64,000 nt of DNA from Octopus vulgaris (taxonomy: Eukaryota), in assembly GCA_951406725.2 (NCBI GenBank), contig OX597822.1:50964001-51028000 (forward strand), written 5' to 3'. Positions within the stretch are counted from its first letter, which is position 1, and each line of letters opens with the position of its first letter. A program made the translations under genes and the position numbers. Under the pieces are notes generated by a model. The model was not told where the DNA came from. It saw only the letters and a list, made by a program, of their open reading frames with translations, and did not search any database. This document shows, in pieces, positions 51,996 to 64,000 of the stretch.

Positions 51996-54900
51996 ACTGT
52001 GAATAATTTTCAGCTTTCATAATAAACTATATATGTATACATGTATGTATGTATACATGTATGTATGTATGTATGCATGTATGTATATATTTATGGGTGT
52101 ATGCATGCATGTATGTATGTATATATTCATGTATGTATATATTTATGTATGTATGTATTCATGTACGTATGTATGCTCCCTGCACTGTACGTTGCATCTG
52201 ATGTCAATATTTCGTCTCACACCCACTAGAGAGCAGTGCAAAACGAAGCCAAAACGATTTCTGTGCTACATAAAGCTTCTAGTTACACACCGTCTACCGT
52301 ATCAATCATTTAAAATATACGGAACTTGCACCTAGGAATTCCTGACGTACATCCAGCGAGCACAGTGCAGTAAAGCGTATGACGCCCGATAGCCATAGGT
52401 AGTAAATGTGTTCTGAAAGTATGCAACCAGGGGCTTACCCGAAATAAGTTCTACTGCATTTTAATGTCTCCTTTCTAAACCTTAATTCTTGATTTCTAAT
52501 TTCAAATTTAACTCACTATCTATATACATATATTTATATTAATAGATTCGACCAACACAGAGTAGAAACGATAGAGAAGATTAAATGTTTAGAAGAAAGG
52601 TGTTATAATTCGAATAGCTGCTTCATGGAAGCTCGGTGATTCATCATAATGTTGGTAGATATAGTTCATCACAATATGCAACCGTAGTGGATGCGATAAA
52701 CATCGGATAGGACGAGTCATCAAGATAGATAATACCTTACATTTCAGATGTCAATCCAGAAATGTTCAAGTGTGGATTTTTATTAAATGTGAAGAGCTGG
52801 CTATATTACATGAGGGAGTAGTAGGTTCGGTGGGGTTATATGAGGGAATGGTGAGAGGAGAAGGGGGAGTTAGTTCAGGAAATAGGTGGTTTATAATGAG
52901 GACATTATGAGAGGTGGTGATAGAGGTAGAGAGTTAGGAGTTGAGTGTGAGGGGTAGAATAGATAATGGAAGAATAGTCTGTTGTGCTGGGTTTGTGCAT
53001 AGGTGTCAAAGTTTAGGGATAATCGCTATACACTTATTGGAAGATCAGATAGTGAGACAAGAGAATTATTTGATGGAGAAAAGTGTCTAATTCAGTGGCA
53101 GAGGGAGATTACTAAGGTATGTAGAAAGGTACGAGAAAAGATAGAGGGAGGTGGACAGAATGTAGGGGTTAGTTGTTGAGTAAGATATTAGTGGTTAGTA
53201 CAGAAATGAATTGGATTGACACTGGAGGGGAAGTACTGAGAAGGGAAGAGGTGTATGAAATCGAATAGGGGGAGGTGAATAGAAAGGGAGGGAGAGATTG
53301 CTAGGCTAGTATATAACTGAGTGGTGTAGATTTAAATGATTTTGGTTGAAGAACAAATGTAAGAGACTAGTGAAGGGATAGTAGTACTTGTGACGATGGA
53401 GAGGCTGTGAGGGTCACCTTGAAGCTATAACTACTAGTCTCCTGATATAGACAGTTACTAAACAAGCGACTGCAACAACATGAACAACGACGAGAACATT
53501 ACTATTGAACAATTTGGCACTAACAGCAACAACAACCACGATGGCAACAACACCAAACTAAGGATCAAAAACAGTAGCAGCAGCAACAGAAGAGAAAATG
53601 TATGCAATGGTAAGTTCAACATTCCAAAGATTGGTACCAGTAAGAACAATGACCTGTCACGATAGCGTCTGACCTCTCAGAGTGACATTAACACACATAC
53701 ACACTGCACTCGTGCACACACCGCACACACAGAGTACGCACACAGACCCACACACACACATAGTTAATACCACTCACACACATAGTTAATACCACTCACA
53801 CATGCTACCATACTTACACACACTCCCACATGCATACTCGCTACCACATGATATTTCAAATACACATGCACGCGCACGCGTATACTGCCCAGATTTTGCA
53901 CTCACCAGCTCCTGAAGACATTTCCTCTTCATTCCTGCTTCCTGTCATTTACTTCAAAAAGGTAAACGCATGTGATTGTCGGCGATTTATTTCCTCCTTC
54001 GTCTTGCAGTTTTCTGTTTCTTCTTGTTTCCGTAGAAGAGCTATGCTCGAAGCTTTGTAATATTTTCCTTGTGTTTTGTTTATAATGTGATGCTCTTCTC
54101 AATTTCTATACATCTCCCAATATTTCGGAACTGAAAGAAAAGGAACCACTTAGAAAGTAGATCATCAAAAGTAGATAAAATATATAACCAAGCGACGTAA
54201 AGAGGACAAAATATCTAACAACAATAAGACCTACAAATACAATAATATTTGATATTTTGATCAAATAATAGATAACAAGATACAAGATGAAAGATGCAAA
54301 ACGTAACTGTGTAATGAAAGACAGTTTTGAATATTAGACTGTTGGAATTTTATTCAAAAAAGGTTTCTTTATCTTACGGCATTTTCATATAATTTTGATA
54401 CTACTGCGTTGTGATATTATTCACAGCCGCATGGGAATCGTTTTTGTTTTTTGAAATGTCTTCCCCTCCTCGAATGATATATATTCTTTTTATACACATA
54501 TTTATAAAATATTCGACATTATTTTTTCCCCCTCTGAAACGATCTACATTTCTCGTGAGATACTTCATATATTTTTCATATCCTCATGCTTACACACACA
54601 CACGCATACATGCACACACACTCATACATACTTACATAAGGTATTTATTAGTAGGTGAAATAGATACGATTTGTATCAATTATTTTTCTTCATAAATAAA
54701 CATAAATGCAATGTAAAAGTATTATGATGGGAATAAAATACTGCATCGCATGGTAAATAATAACGGGAGGTAATATTAAATAAATATGAAACTAAAAGGA
54801 AAAATTAATGATACAGAAAAAAATATAGTGAAAAATTAACATTGAAATATTTATAATAGAAGGCAACTATTTTAAACGTTGTAATTATGTATTCCTCGAA

Positions 54901-56255
54901 TGTAAAGCAATCCGTTCCCGTGGTGAACATGTAGACATTTCTCATTTGAAAAATATAACAAATGTGTTTCAATAAAACTGGATTTAGAACTGGTATGACA
55001 AACATGACAAAAATACAACTGAGTAAAATATATTTGTGTAAGTTCAAATTTTTGGTCATGAAAATTGTTTACAATTGAATTTACATAAATATTGAGGAAA
55101 AACAGTTTACTACTAGACAGAAGAATCATTCAATACTTTCAGTAGAGTATAGTAGAATAGAGTTTTAATATACTATAGCAAAGTATTCTTGTTTTATATG
55201 AAAAAAAATTGTATCAAGACAAATGAAGTCAGCCGAAACATTGAATTCACTGTCAACATTGTTCGCTCACGCACACACACAAACACACAAACACATACAC
55301 ACAAACACAAGCATATGCAAATATTGTAGGGGCTTACCGCCATTTGCATAACTCCCACATTTCATTGAGTTTACTTGTCTATTAGGAATACCCTCCAAAT
55401 ATATATAATGAAAAATGCTGAACTTGAAAAAAATTCACAATGGATTCTGAATTTGATCTAATATTGATTTTTCAGTAAATTCTTGGCCCAGAAAATTTTG
55501 CATCACCTAAACCAAAATAGTGTTAAATACGTAATATCATTCGTTTCAGTGGAAATATCTACAAAATTCACTAATTCTCAAGAACGTGGGTATTTTATTT
55601 TACATCCAAATCATCTGACTTATTTCGTTGACACCACATAAAATTCAAATGGAATCTATTATTTCAAAATAAAACTATTGTGAACGATTTTACACAAATA
55701 TTGATAATGGTATACATATGAAAAATAATCAAGATAATTGCCGTGAGGCGTAAAAAACAATTTTTTAGAGATATTTACGACTTTGTATAGCGCTGTTTCA
55801 GGTCATTTCCGAGTTTTTCGATAAGCGAATGAAAAACAGGAAAACAAATTAGATGGAAAATAACTGAAGTGCGAAATGCGAGAAGCTGTACGGCGCAAGA
55901 GGTTAAAGGAGAGTGGGGTAATGTGATTATAGAAAAATATGATGGTCACTTACTAGTGTTCGCAGATACGAAAGGAAGAATTGGAAAGCAATGTAAATAC
56001 GTAGAAACAAAGCTAAAGGAAGACAAAAATTTTTAAAAAGTGTGCTATAAGAGAGAACAAAACATATTGACATAGAAAAGAATATAAAACTCTTATATAC
56101 CAAGCGAGAAGAATGGTAAAGCGGCTCAGGAATACAATCGGAATTCTAATTTATTGCACAAAATACACGTAAAATCACGAGAGTTTATTTGCACATTCTT
56201 GTGAATAAAGAGATGGATACTGACATATACATATATGCATACCCACACACATACA

Positions 56256-56299
<44 letters not shown>

Positions 56300-56456
56300 G
56301 CACATACATATGTGGAATAATTCGATCACCATACATAAATTGTTTTCCTCTTGAAACCTATAAAAAATACACACAGGCGCACCCTTCTTCAAGTCGCTCA
56401 TGAAATTTCCGTGTAGAAAAATAGCGATTTATACATCGGAAAAAAAGGTGTACATC

Positions 56457-56537
56457 TGGGGTTACCTGCTCAGGGGTAATTGCCCTAGTGGGTGATTGTC
56501 CTAGGGCTTGTTGCCCTCGGGTGTAATTGTCCTAGAC
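56457..56537 (+). repeat. Five ~15-16-bp tandem units (GGGGTAATTGYCCTA-like)
   Basis: Units are directly visible; they resemble subterminal repeats of a DNA transposon remnant. Confidence 0.55.
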
Positions 56538-56574
56538 TCATGTATACATATGTGTGTGTTTGTGTGTATGTACG

Positions 56575-56622
<48 letters not shown>

Positions 56623-56636
56623 ATGTGTGTGTGTGT

Positions 56637-59600
56637 GATGAAGCCCATCAAAGGAAGCACTCCAGATATAAGAGCCTTCTCCGGGATTGGTTAGAGAAGG
56701 GATGGCAGGTATGGCTTTTTCCAGTCGAGGCTGGCTGAAGGTGATTCCCTGCTTAGTTGGCATGTAGGTTGATTACAGCCACTGGCATAAGAGGTAAGGA
56801 GCGAAGGATTGCTGCACGCTTGATGGAAGGGGTAGCTAAAAAAGCCTGTTGTTGGCTTTGGAGCAAGGGAGAGGAGTTGCGCTGGAGGCCAGGAGGTGAT
56901 GAGGAACTGTGTCTTGGCCACCTCTGCTGACCCACCAAAGGTCGAAGCACGCGATGAACGTTGGATAACGTCTGATGATATCAGTTCCTTCTAGGTAACG
57001 CTCCATGGAAACTGGAAAAAACGCTGAATGGAAAAAAGAGCACCTCCTTATAGGCATCATTAATATATACAATTGAGCAACCAGGGTCTTCCAGGAAAGT
57101 TTGGATGGTGACGATTGCTGACTTTGGAAAATACAAGTGATCTCCATGAACGTCTGATACAGGTGTATGAGGCTAGCAAACTCATGCACAGTCTTTGCGA
57201 AAGGGCACCAATTCAGCTACGAAAACTAAGAGTAAGCGACACCCCCAGAATCTCCCGAAAGTGGTGGTGGGGAGAATGAGAGACCCAACTTGATGGATCC
57301 AACGTTAACAACGAGAAATAATTTATGGACAGGGGCAATCCCAATCACCCTTAAGTAGAATGATAGTGTGAGTGAAATGTCTCTGTAGAAAGATCTGCAA
57401 GAATGCAAAAGGGTTCAAGAGCCAGGTCGTACTGTGGAAAGAAAGAGCCTCAGTTGCATTGCTCAATGGTAGATCTTGTTGAAACATCAGTAGTTGGGGA
57501 GGTAGTTAAGTGTCACTTTACTTGAAAAAAGGTTCAAGATACACAGAGCAGGGTGCATCTATGAAGAGGAGGAGCCACAGGTGCAGAGCACAGTGGTAAC
57601 ACCTGGTGATACGTAAGAGAAGTCCAGGTGGGAACATCCCACATGACTAGAAATCTCTCAGTATCTCTGTCACCTCAAGTTCTCAGGAGAGGTAACCCAC
57701 CTGATAACAACACAGAGGGCCAACCCCACGCAGTGAAAGAACGAATCAAATGACCCAAGCTAGGTGAAACAAAGAAATGGCAAGAAATGGGCCAAGACCT
57801 CGACATATTGGATTGCATGCTCACAGGAACAGTTGAACAGAAAGTGAATGCGTTTATAACTATCATATTTAATTTGGCAAAACATTGATTCGAAACAGCG
57901 GACAGACCGTTTACCGTAGTAATCAAAAGGAAAGTCTGCAGAAGAAAGATGTTCCATCTGAGGGTAGAGATGAAGACCCTCAACAAGCAGTGTAAGAGAG
58001 CCTCTACTGAAGAAGGAGAAGACATCATGGACTTGAGACGTCAGTTCTGTGAATGCTTAAGAAGGCTTAGAGTGGCGCAAAGCAACTGGAAGCAGAGGAA
58101 TGTGAGGAGACAAAACAGGCGCAATTTGTCAAGAACCCTTTTAAGTGCACCCGAACGCTATTGGGGAAAATCAAATCCGGATAATTGGCCAGCTCTAGAG
58201 AAGGTGCAGTAGCATTTCTGAATGAGAGTCACAATGATAACCTCAGAAATTAAGCCCTTGTTGTTAATCTGAATGTCGATACTACTGAAATGCCAGGAAA
58301 TAAGTTCATCTTCAACTGTCCATCTTAGAAACAAGTGGAAGAGGTGGTGAAAAAGGCCAGATCAGGATCAGATTATAAAGTATATATGAAATGCACGCGG
58401 CTCCTTCGGAGGCCGGGGACGCTCGGAACGCCGTTCCTTTTTCCAATATGGTGGGATGATAAAAAAGGTATCATCCGACCATGCTGGAAGAAGACTTAAG
58501 TATATTTTGTGCTACAAAAAGAAAGCTCCATAGCAATTAACCAGATTAGGACCATCTCCCTCCTGAGTGTTGATGGGGGCGGGGAAATCTCTTCCGTACT
58601 GGCCAAAAGGATGACCTCATACATGACTGGGAATGGGTATATAAACCCCTCTATTCAGAAAGGTGGGGTTTCGGGTTTCTCGAGATGTATGGAACACACT
58701 AGAATCCTCAGCCAGTTGAATCAAGAAGCGAAGAGAAACCCGGTTTGACTGGATCTGGAATATGCATATGGATCGATTCTTCATGCCCTCATATATGCAA
58801 CCCTTAGATACTATCATATTCTCCCACAATTTAAGGGAATAATCAGCAGTTATTTGGAGTCATAACAGGTTGCACAATTCCCCCCCATTCTTTTCATCCT
58901 GTGTACGAATCTCCACGTATCAACTGTTGATGGAGAAGCCCAGGGCCAACAATGGAATCAGGCCTCTGTCAGCACCAAACAAGGCGCTTCATAGATGCGT
59001 TTCAGAATAGCCGGTGGCAAGATTTTGAGAATGGAACCATAACTGGTTGCACAATTACTCCCCATTCGTTTCATCATGGGTACAAGTCTTCTAATACCAT
59101 CTGTTGATAGAGAGGCCCAAGGACCAACAACGGAACCAGGCAGCTGTCGCCAGGTCTCGGTTCTTCCCCTTTCCGACAATGGAAGAAAGCAGACATCTGG
59201 AAGAGGTGGGCCATGATCGGTGCGGTACCAGGAGAAAGAAAGCAGAAAGTCAAGAGTTATGGAGCTAGCATCTCAGTGTGCATAGACGAAAATGGGCCCT
59301 CCCCAAGAGGAAGCTCACATAAACTGATCTGTGGGGACTGGAACCTGTTCATATCTCCTTCCTGCTGCAGGCGGTGTATGATACTCACGACACCCACAAA
59401 CCTGCACAGATGGGGTTTAAGGGAAGACCAGCTGTGTAAACATTGTGGAGAAAGGAGCACTCTGACACATATCTTGACCGGTTCAGAATAGCACTTTCTC
59501 AAGACACCATGATAGGGGACTTGCAACACATGCTCACACCCTGCATTAGAAAAGCCGCAAGAAACATCATCAGAAAGGGGAGGCAACAGCAGCAATTAAG

Positions 59601-59672
59601 TTCGTGAAAGAGGGAGAGACGCCAGTAAAAACAATACATAGCTTCCTTCATGGATCTCAACCATGGGATATG
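56637..59672 (+). mobile_element. Decayed Hero-like RLE non-LTR retrotransposon, with the C-terminal piece lying upstream of the body
   Basis: 56637-56900: EAHQRKHSRY..GWQVWLFPVEAG..KKACCWLW; then RT (IRTISLLSV, IQKGGVSGFSRCMEH, LDLEYAYGSI) and zinc knuckle TPTNLHRWG..CKHC..LTHILTG. Confidence 0.75.
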
Positions 59673-59698
59673 ATTCGTGTGTATATATATATATATAC

Positions 59699-59765
<67 letters not shown>

Positions 59766-59830
59766 GTGTGTGTGTGTGTGTAATCACAGTTAGCGTTTAT
59801 AATAACCGACTAAGGGATAAAATATCCGTA

Positions 59831-60096
59831 TATACTATCGGTATCCGTTGCCCTTATTATACCCGGGCACTGGTGTGCAGGCACACCATGCACATAAAAT
59901 GCAGATAACAACAGAATAAACAAAAGTTTATCAGGTACCAATACAAATAATTAGAAAAAGGAGAAAACCTCAGATTAACAAACACATCGATTGAACCACA
60001 TTTACATCTTATCTTTTATTGCTTTGTATTAAAAAAATAAGCTATAAATGTATTTCAATCGAGGTGTTTGTTAAACTCCATTTTCCGATTATTTGC
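59831..60096. repeat. Decayed HHR-like tail (-) with a ~60-bp fold-back
   Basis: Inverted arms at 59944-60004 and 60044-60096; the minus strand reads GTAC-CTGATAA…GATA-CCGA-TA-GTAT. Confidence 0.4.
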
Positions 60097-61347
60097 ATAT
60101 ATATATATATATATATATACATGCATTTACACATATGCCTATGTCTGTGTATATGTATGCGTATGTATGAGTGCGTGTGCATGTAGTTAATATCGAAAAC
60201 GAAGCATGTTTTGACGTCATTATTTTCTCATTTTCTTTACAACACCTTATTTGTAAATCTAACCTTTGAAAACCTTGTTATTGAAGAACACTTTTAACAA
60301 AAAAAAAATGTTTTATATCCTTCGATTGAACTGTAATTTCAACTTCACACGTGCAGTACCCAATCTCATTCCAACTGATATTACCTTGTGTTGATGATTA
60401 TCTGGTGTTAGAGTTAAGGAAATATCAAATTTTCAAAGGAAAGAAAGTTTTATGAGTGAAGAACTGCATGCTTTAAACTCACTAATCTAGTTTTTCATTA
60501 CATTTTGTTTTGGAAATAAAGTTGTTTAGGACCAACGTTCTAACGAACCTTTGGAAGAACCGCATTGGGTTAACTTGTTTATCTTTGTTGTGATCGAGAT
60601 ATATTGAACACAGCGTACGCATTTACGCATTTCAAGAACCAAATTACTGTATTATGTATTTGGAATTGTTAAATTCATTGTCTTCTCTGATTCAATTTAT
60701 GAATGATTATGAACACTATTGAATGATTATTGTAACTGAATTTCAGTTCATTCTCAAAGGTCTTCCCATTTGTTTAAAAATGTATTCTTATATTACAAGA
60801 AAGGAAATACAAAAGAACTTAAATAACACTATTTACGCTGTTCCTTCTAACTCATCGGCAATAGTTTTTTTCTTCATATAAAGACAAACTGTTCCTCATA
60901 ATGTTTCCTCTTTTATATAAATCATTTCAGCTATGGATGTTGCTTTGCAATGTTTTTCTTTCTAATATTGAGTGATACTTAATAAAAATAAACTATTCTT
61001 TAGATCATATCTTGCAAGAAAAGCCAAGGTAATGAGTGAGGGACTCAAGATTGCAGAATAATTTGCGCGCATGATTAAGTCCACCATGATGAACTGAGGG
61101 GAAAAAGTCATTTCAATATATAAGGGGTTTAAGAGCCGAATTTTATTTCCCCAAGCTGGATCGTTAAGGACAAACTGACAAAAACAAATCGTGTAACAAA
61201 TGGTACGCAAATAAAATTCGTTTTGTGTAGAATCTTCTCTAGAATACACACGTACACAGGAGCGCACGGCGGCCGGTACACTCGCACGCACACGCACACA
61301 CACGCACACACAGACACGCACACACACACACATATACAAATATATAG

Positions 61348-62563
61348 TGTGTAACGCCATAAAAATGCGGGTTCTTTTTTAATCTATAACTTACTCTACT
61401 TCATTTTCTACAATACTCTTCCATCTATCTGATAGACTTGCAAGGAGCTTCTTCCAAAATTCACTTGCCCGTGAAGAAAAATACTTCTCCAATACTGTTT
61501 TGACCTCGTCTACAGAATTCATATTTTTCCGTCCAAGTGATTTTGAAGACTGCGGAGAACTGATAGTCAGACGGGGAAATAGTGAATATAGTGGGTGGGC
61601 ATCGTTTCCCATTAAAACTGCTCCAGTCTTTGGAATGCCACCCTCGCTGAATGTGGCCCTGCATTATCCTGATGGAAGAACACCTTTCGTTTTGAAGCCA
61701 AAAATGGTCATTTTTCTTCCAGCGATGAGTTAAGCCGCTTAAGTTGCTCGCAGTAGATCTCCATTGTTATTGTTTGGTTAGGGCTTAAAAGTTCAAAGGG
61801 GACTAAACTTTTCATATCCCAACAAACAGATAACAACACCATACGTGGGTGAAGAACTTTAGTCTGGGGTCCTGGTGCTTCTCCTTTCCTTACACACTGT
61901 GTTCGGCGCTTGAATTCAAATAGAGAACCTATTTTGCGTCACCAATCATTATTCGTTCCAAAAAAGCTTTATTCGTGATACGTAACAGCAAAAAGAGCAC
62001 ACTCACTCACTGTGCGCGATTAGACTCGGAAATTTGGTGAGGAATCATTTGACCCAATTTGCTGACTTTTCCGATGGCTCGCCGATGTCGAGGAATGGTT
62101 GAATGATCAAATCTAAGCTTCTCTGCTAGTTTCTCAATAGTCACGATGGGATTTTTTTCCACCAGGTTGTGTAGGATTTCCTCGTCGGACTCTACAGATC
62201 TTCCAGAACAGGGCTCGTCCTCTAGGCTGTAATTTCCGGCTCGGAATTTCTGAAACCACCGTTGACGCTGGCTTACACTTTCTGTCCGATCACTTTATAC
62301 TGCGTTAATGTTCCTCGCCCTTTCCGCTGTTGCCTTTATTGAACTCAAAATATGCCGAACATGCTCCATTGCACTTCCATTATAGCTTCTGAAAAAATAA
62401 CTGTTAAAATCGAACTACACTCATCCAAACTTGCATTAAGAATAAAACGATGTAAATATGCTACCCCCTTTTATAGCAAGTTTATGCAGTTAGTTTGTCC
62501 CGACCCCTCCGTTTTTTAGTTGGTGCAATTGAAAAAACAGCATTATGTAGGTGTGACCCAATG
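61348..62563 (-). mobile_element. Decayed near full-length mariner (different subfamily)
   Basis: TIR relics (CATAAAAATGCGGGTTCTTTTTT / AAAAAACAGCATTATG); peptides LEDEPCSGR, HQDNAGPH, HPLYS, LASLSDRWKSIVEN. Confidence 0.85.
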
Positions 62564-62628
62564 TATATGTATGTACATATGCACATACACGTACACACAC
62601 ATACACTCACACAACCACACACATACAC

Positions 62629-62721
<93 letters not shown>

Positions 62722-62723
<2 letters not shown>

Positions 62724-62805
62724 TTTACTACAGCCGTTTCAGCTGCGTTCTTAATGAATAAATAAATTGCAGTTTGAAAAAGAAAAGTCGTTCTTCAAGT
62801 GAATA
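62722..62805 (-). ncRNA. Decayed hammerhead
   Basis: Minus strand: TTCAC-TTGAAGA…GAAA-CGGCTG-TA-GTAAA, ending at (TA)n. Confidence 0.4.
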
Positions 62806-63095
62806 AACGGTTAAATCTAAAATTTACCGTTTAAGACTTGGCTCATAACGACCATATTTTGCCCCATGCATCTCGTGGATGATCAGAGATAGAATGTACA
62901 AATTATAGTTAGACCTATTATGAGAGAAAGGGTCATACACTCACCAACAAACTAGGTTATTCAATTCCATTAATCAGAGAGACAGACAGGGAAATACAGT
63001 CACAGAGGTTCGAGTTATATACAAACTTACAAAAATACATAAATATACGCATACATATATGCACAAACACACACACACACGTATATACATACACA

Positions 63096-63134
<39 letters not shown>

Positions 63135-63449
63135 ATATATATATATATGCATGGAAATGCTCATAGATATAAATATACTTACACTTATATGTGCATATAC
63201 ATGCATATCTAAATCTATTTATCTATTAATCAGTCTTTTTTTCTGTTTTCGCTCTCTCTCCATTTTTACCTCTTGACCTTTGCTATCGAAGAGCGTAGTA
63301 TCCAAACGTCAAAGTTTTTTCCATTATTCCAGAGCGTGAAACTAATTACATTCAACTGTCTTTTTTTTTGTTTTCCGTAAATGTGAACTATATATGTGTG
63401 TATGTGTGTGTATGTAAGAGTGTGTGTGTGTGGGGGGGTGTAAATATGT

Positions 63450-63720
63450 AGGTGTGCAGGCGTCGTTCTGTAGTAAGTAATTTACCTCCCAAAGCACATG
63501 GTTTCGGCCTAGTTTTTCTAGTATAGCCTAGGACCAACCGACGACTTGTGAGTGTTATTGCTTGGCGCAAACTGAAACAACGTATCTGTTATATATTTAT
63601 CCTTGAGTATCTTTGTGTCTATTCGTCCCCCACTACTGCTTGACAACCGGAATTGGTTTATTTACGTCCCAGTAACTTAGCGGTTCAGCAACATTTCCCG
63701 TTAGAATTGGTGCCAGGACA
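63450..63720 (+). mobile_element. tRNA-derived SINE, diverged
   Basis: GTAGTAAGTAATTT..CACATGG head; AACTGAAACAA; TTTACGTCCCAGTAACTTAGCGGTTC body. Confidence 0.65.
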
Positions 63721-64000
63721 AATTGTGAAACCACTTGGATACCAAGTTCGCAGTTGTGCCATTGTGTGCGGGCAAATACACACTTAAACACATGAGTATG
63801 TAACGGCGGTTGACTTGTTTTGCTGTAGTATTACGCAAGAGGAAATGGTGGAGCTATTTACGTTACTCTGCAGTATCCGATATAGAAATTAATTTCAAAC
63901 AAGCACACACATGCACTCATGCAAACACAAACATACACACATTCAAACAAATTATGCACATATATTACTTCCATCACACAATATTCAACATGTAACTGCT

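Noticed and set aside
54805-55059. ORF with a hydrophobic stretch and NPVL (TM7-like)
   Set aside because: No other receptor motifs; compatible with chance in AT-rich DNA.

Overview
AT-rich, microsatellite-saturated eukaryotic DNA with no intact host gene. The SINE families and repeat content suggest a coleoid cephalopod such as Octopus (inference). Most long ORFs in the track are (TA/TG/CA)n artefacts. The main signal is a dense set of type I hammerhead ribozymes (HHRs): about 11 with an intact or single-variant core and at least 8 decayed ones, from several unrelated families. Nearly all have a self-complementary stem/loop III, as in dimer-type HHRs. They sit in Penelope-like element (PLE) tails, which repeatedly form fold-back inverted duplications. 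The largest is an ~8.2-kb palindrome (27125-35302) of a Naiad-like GIY-YIG element with a ~3.5-kb microsatellite-mosaic tail. The best candidate for a new system is a retrozyme-like unit at 20896-21496: two ~105-bp direct repeats, each with a canonical-core HHR, with predicted cut sites 494 nt apart. Also present are a CR1-type LINE, R4/Dong-like and Hero-like RLE LINE relics, a Neptune-like PLE split by a mariner, two more mariners, a Tc1 fragment, three non-autonomous Helitrons, tRNA-derived SINEs, and a heavily decayed Toll-like-receptor pseudogene. All calls were made by eye, without database searches or folding software.
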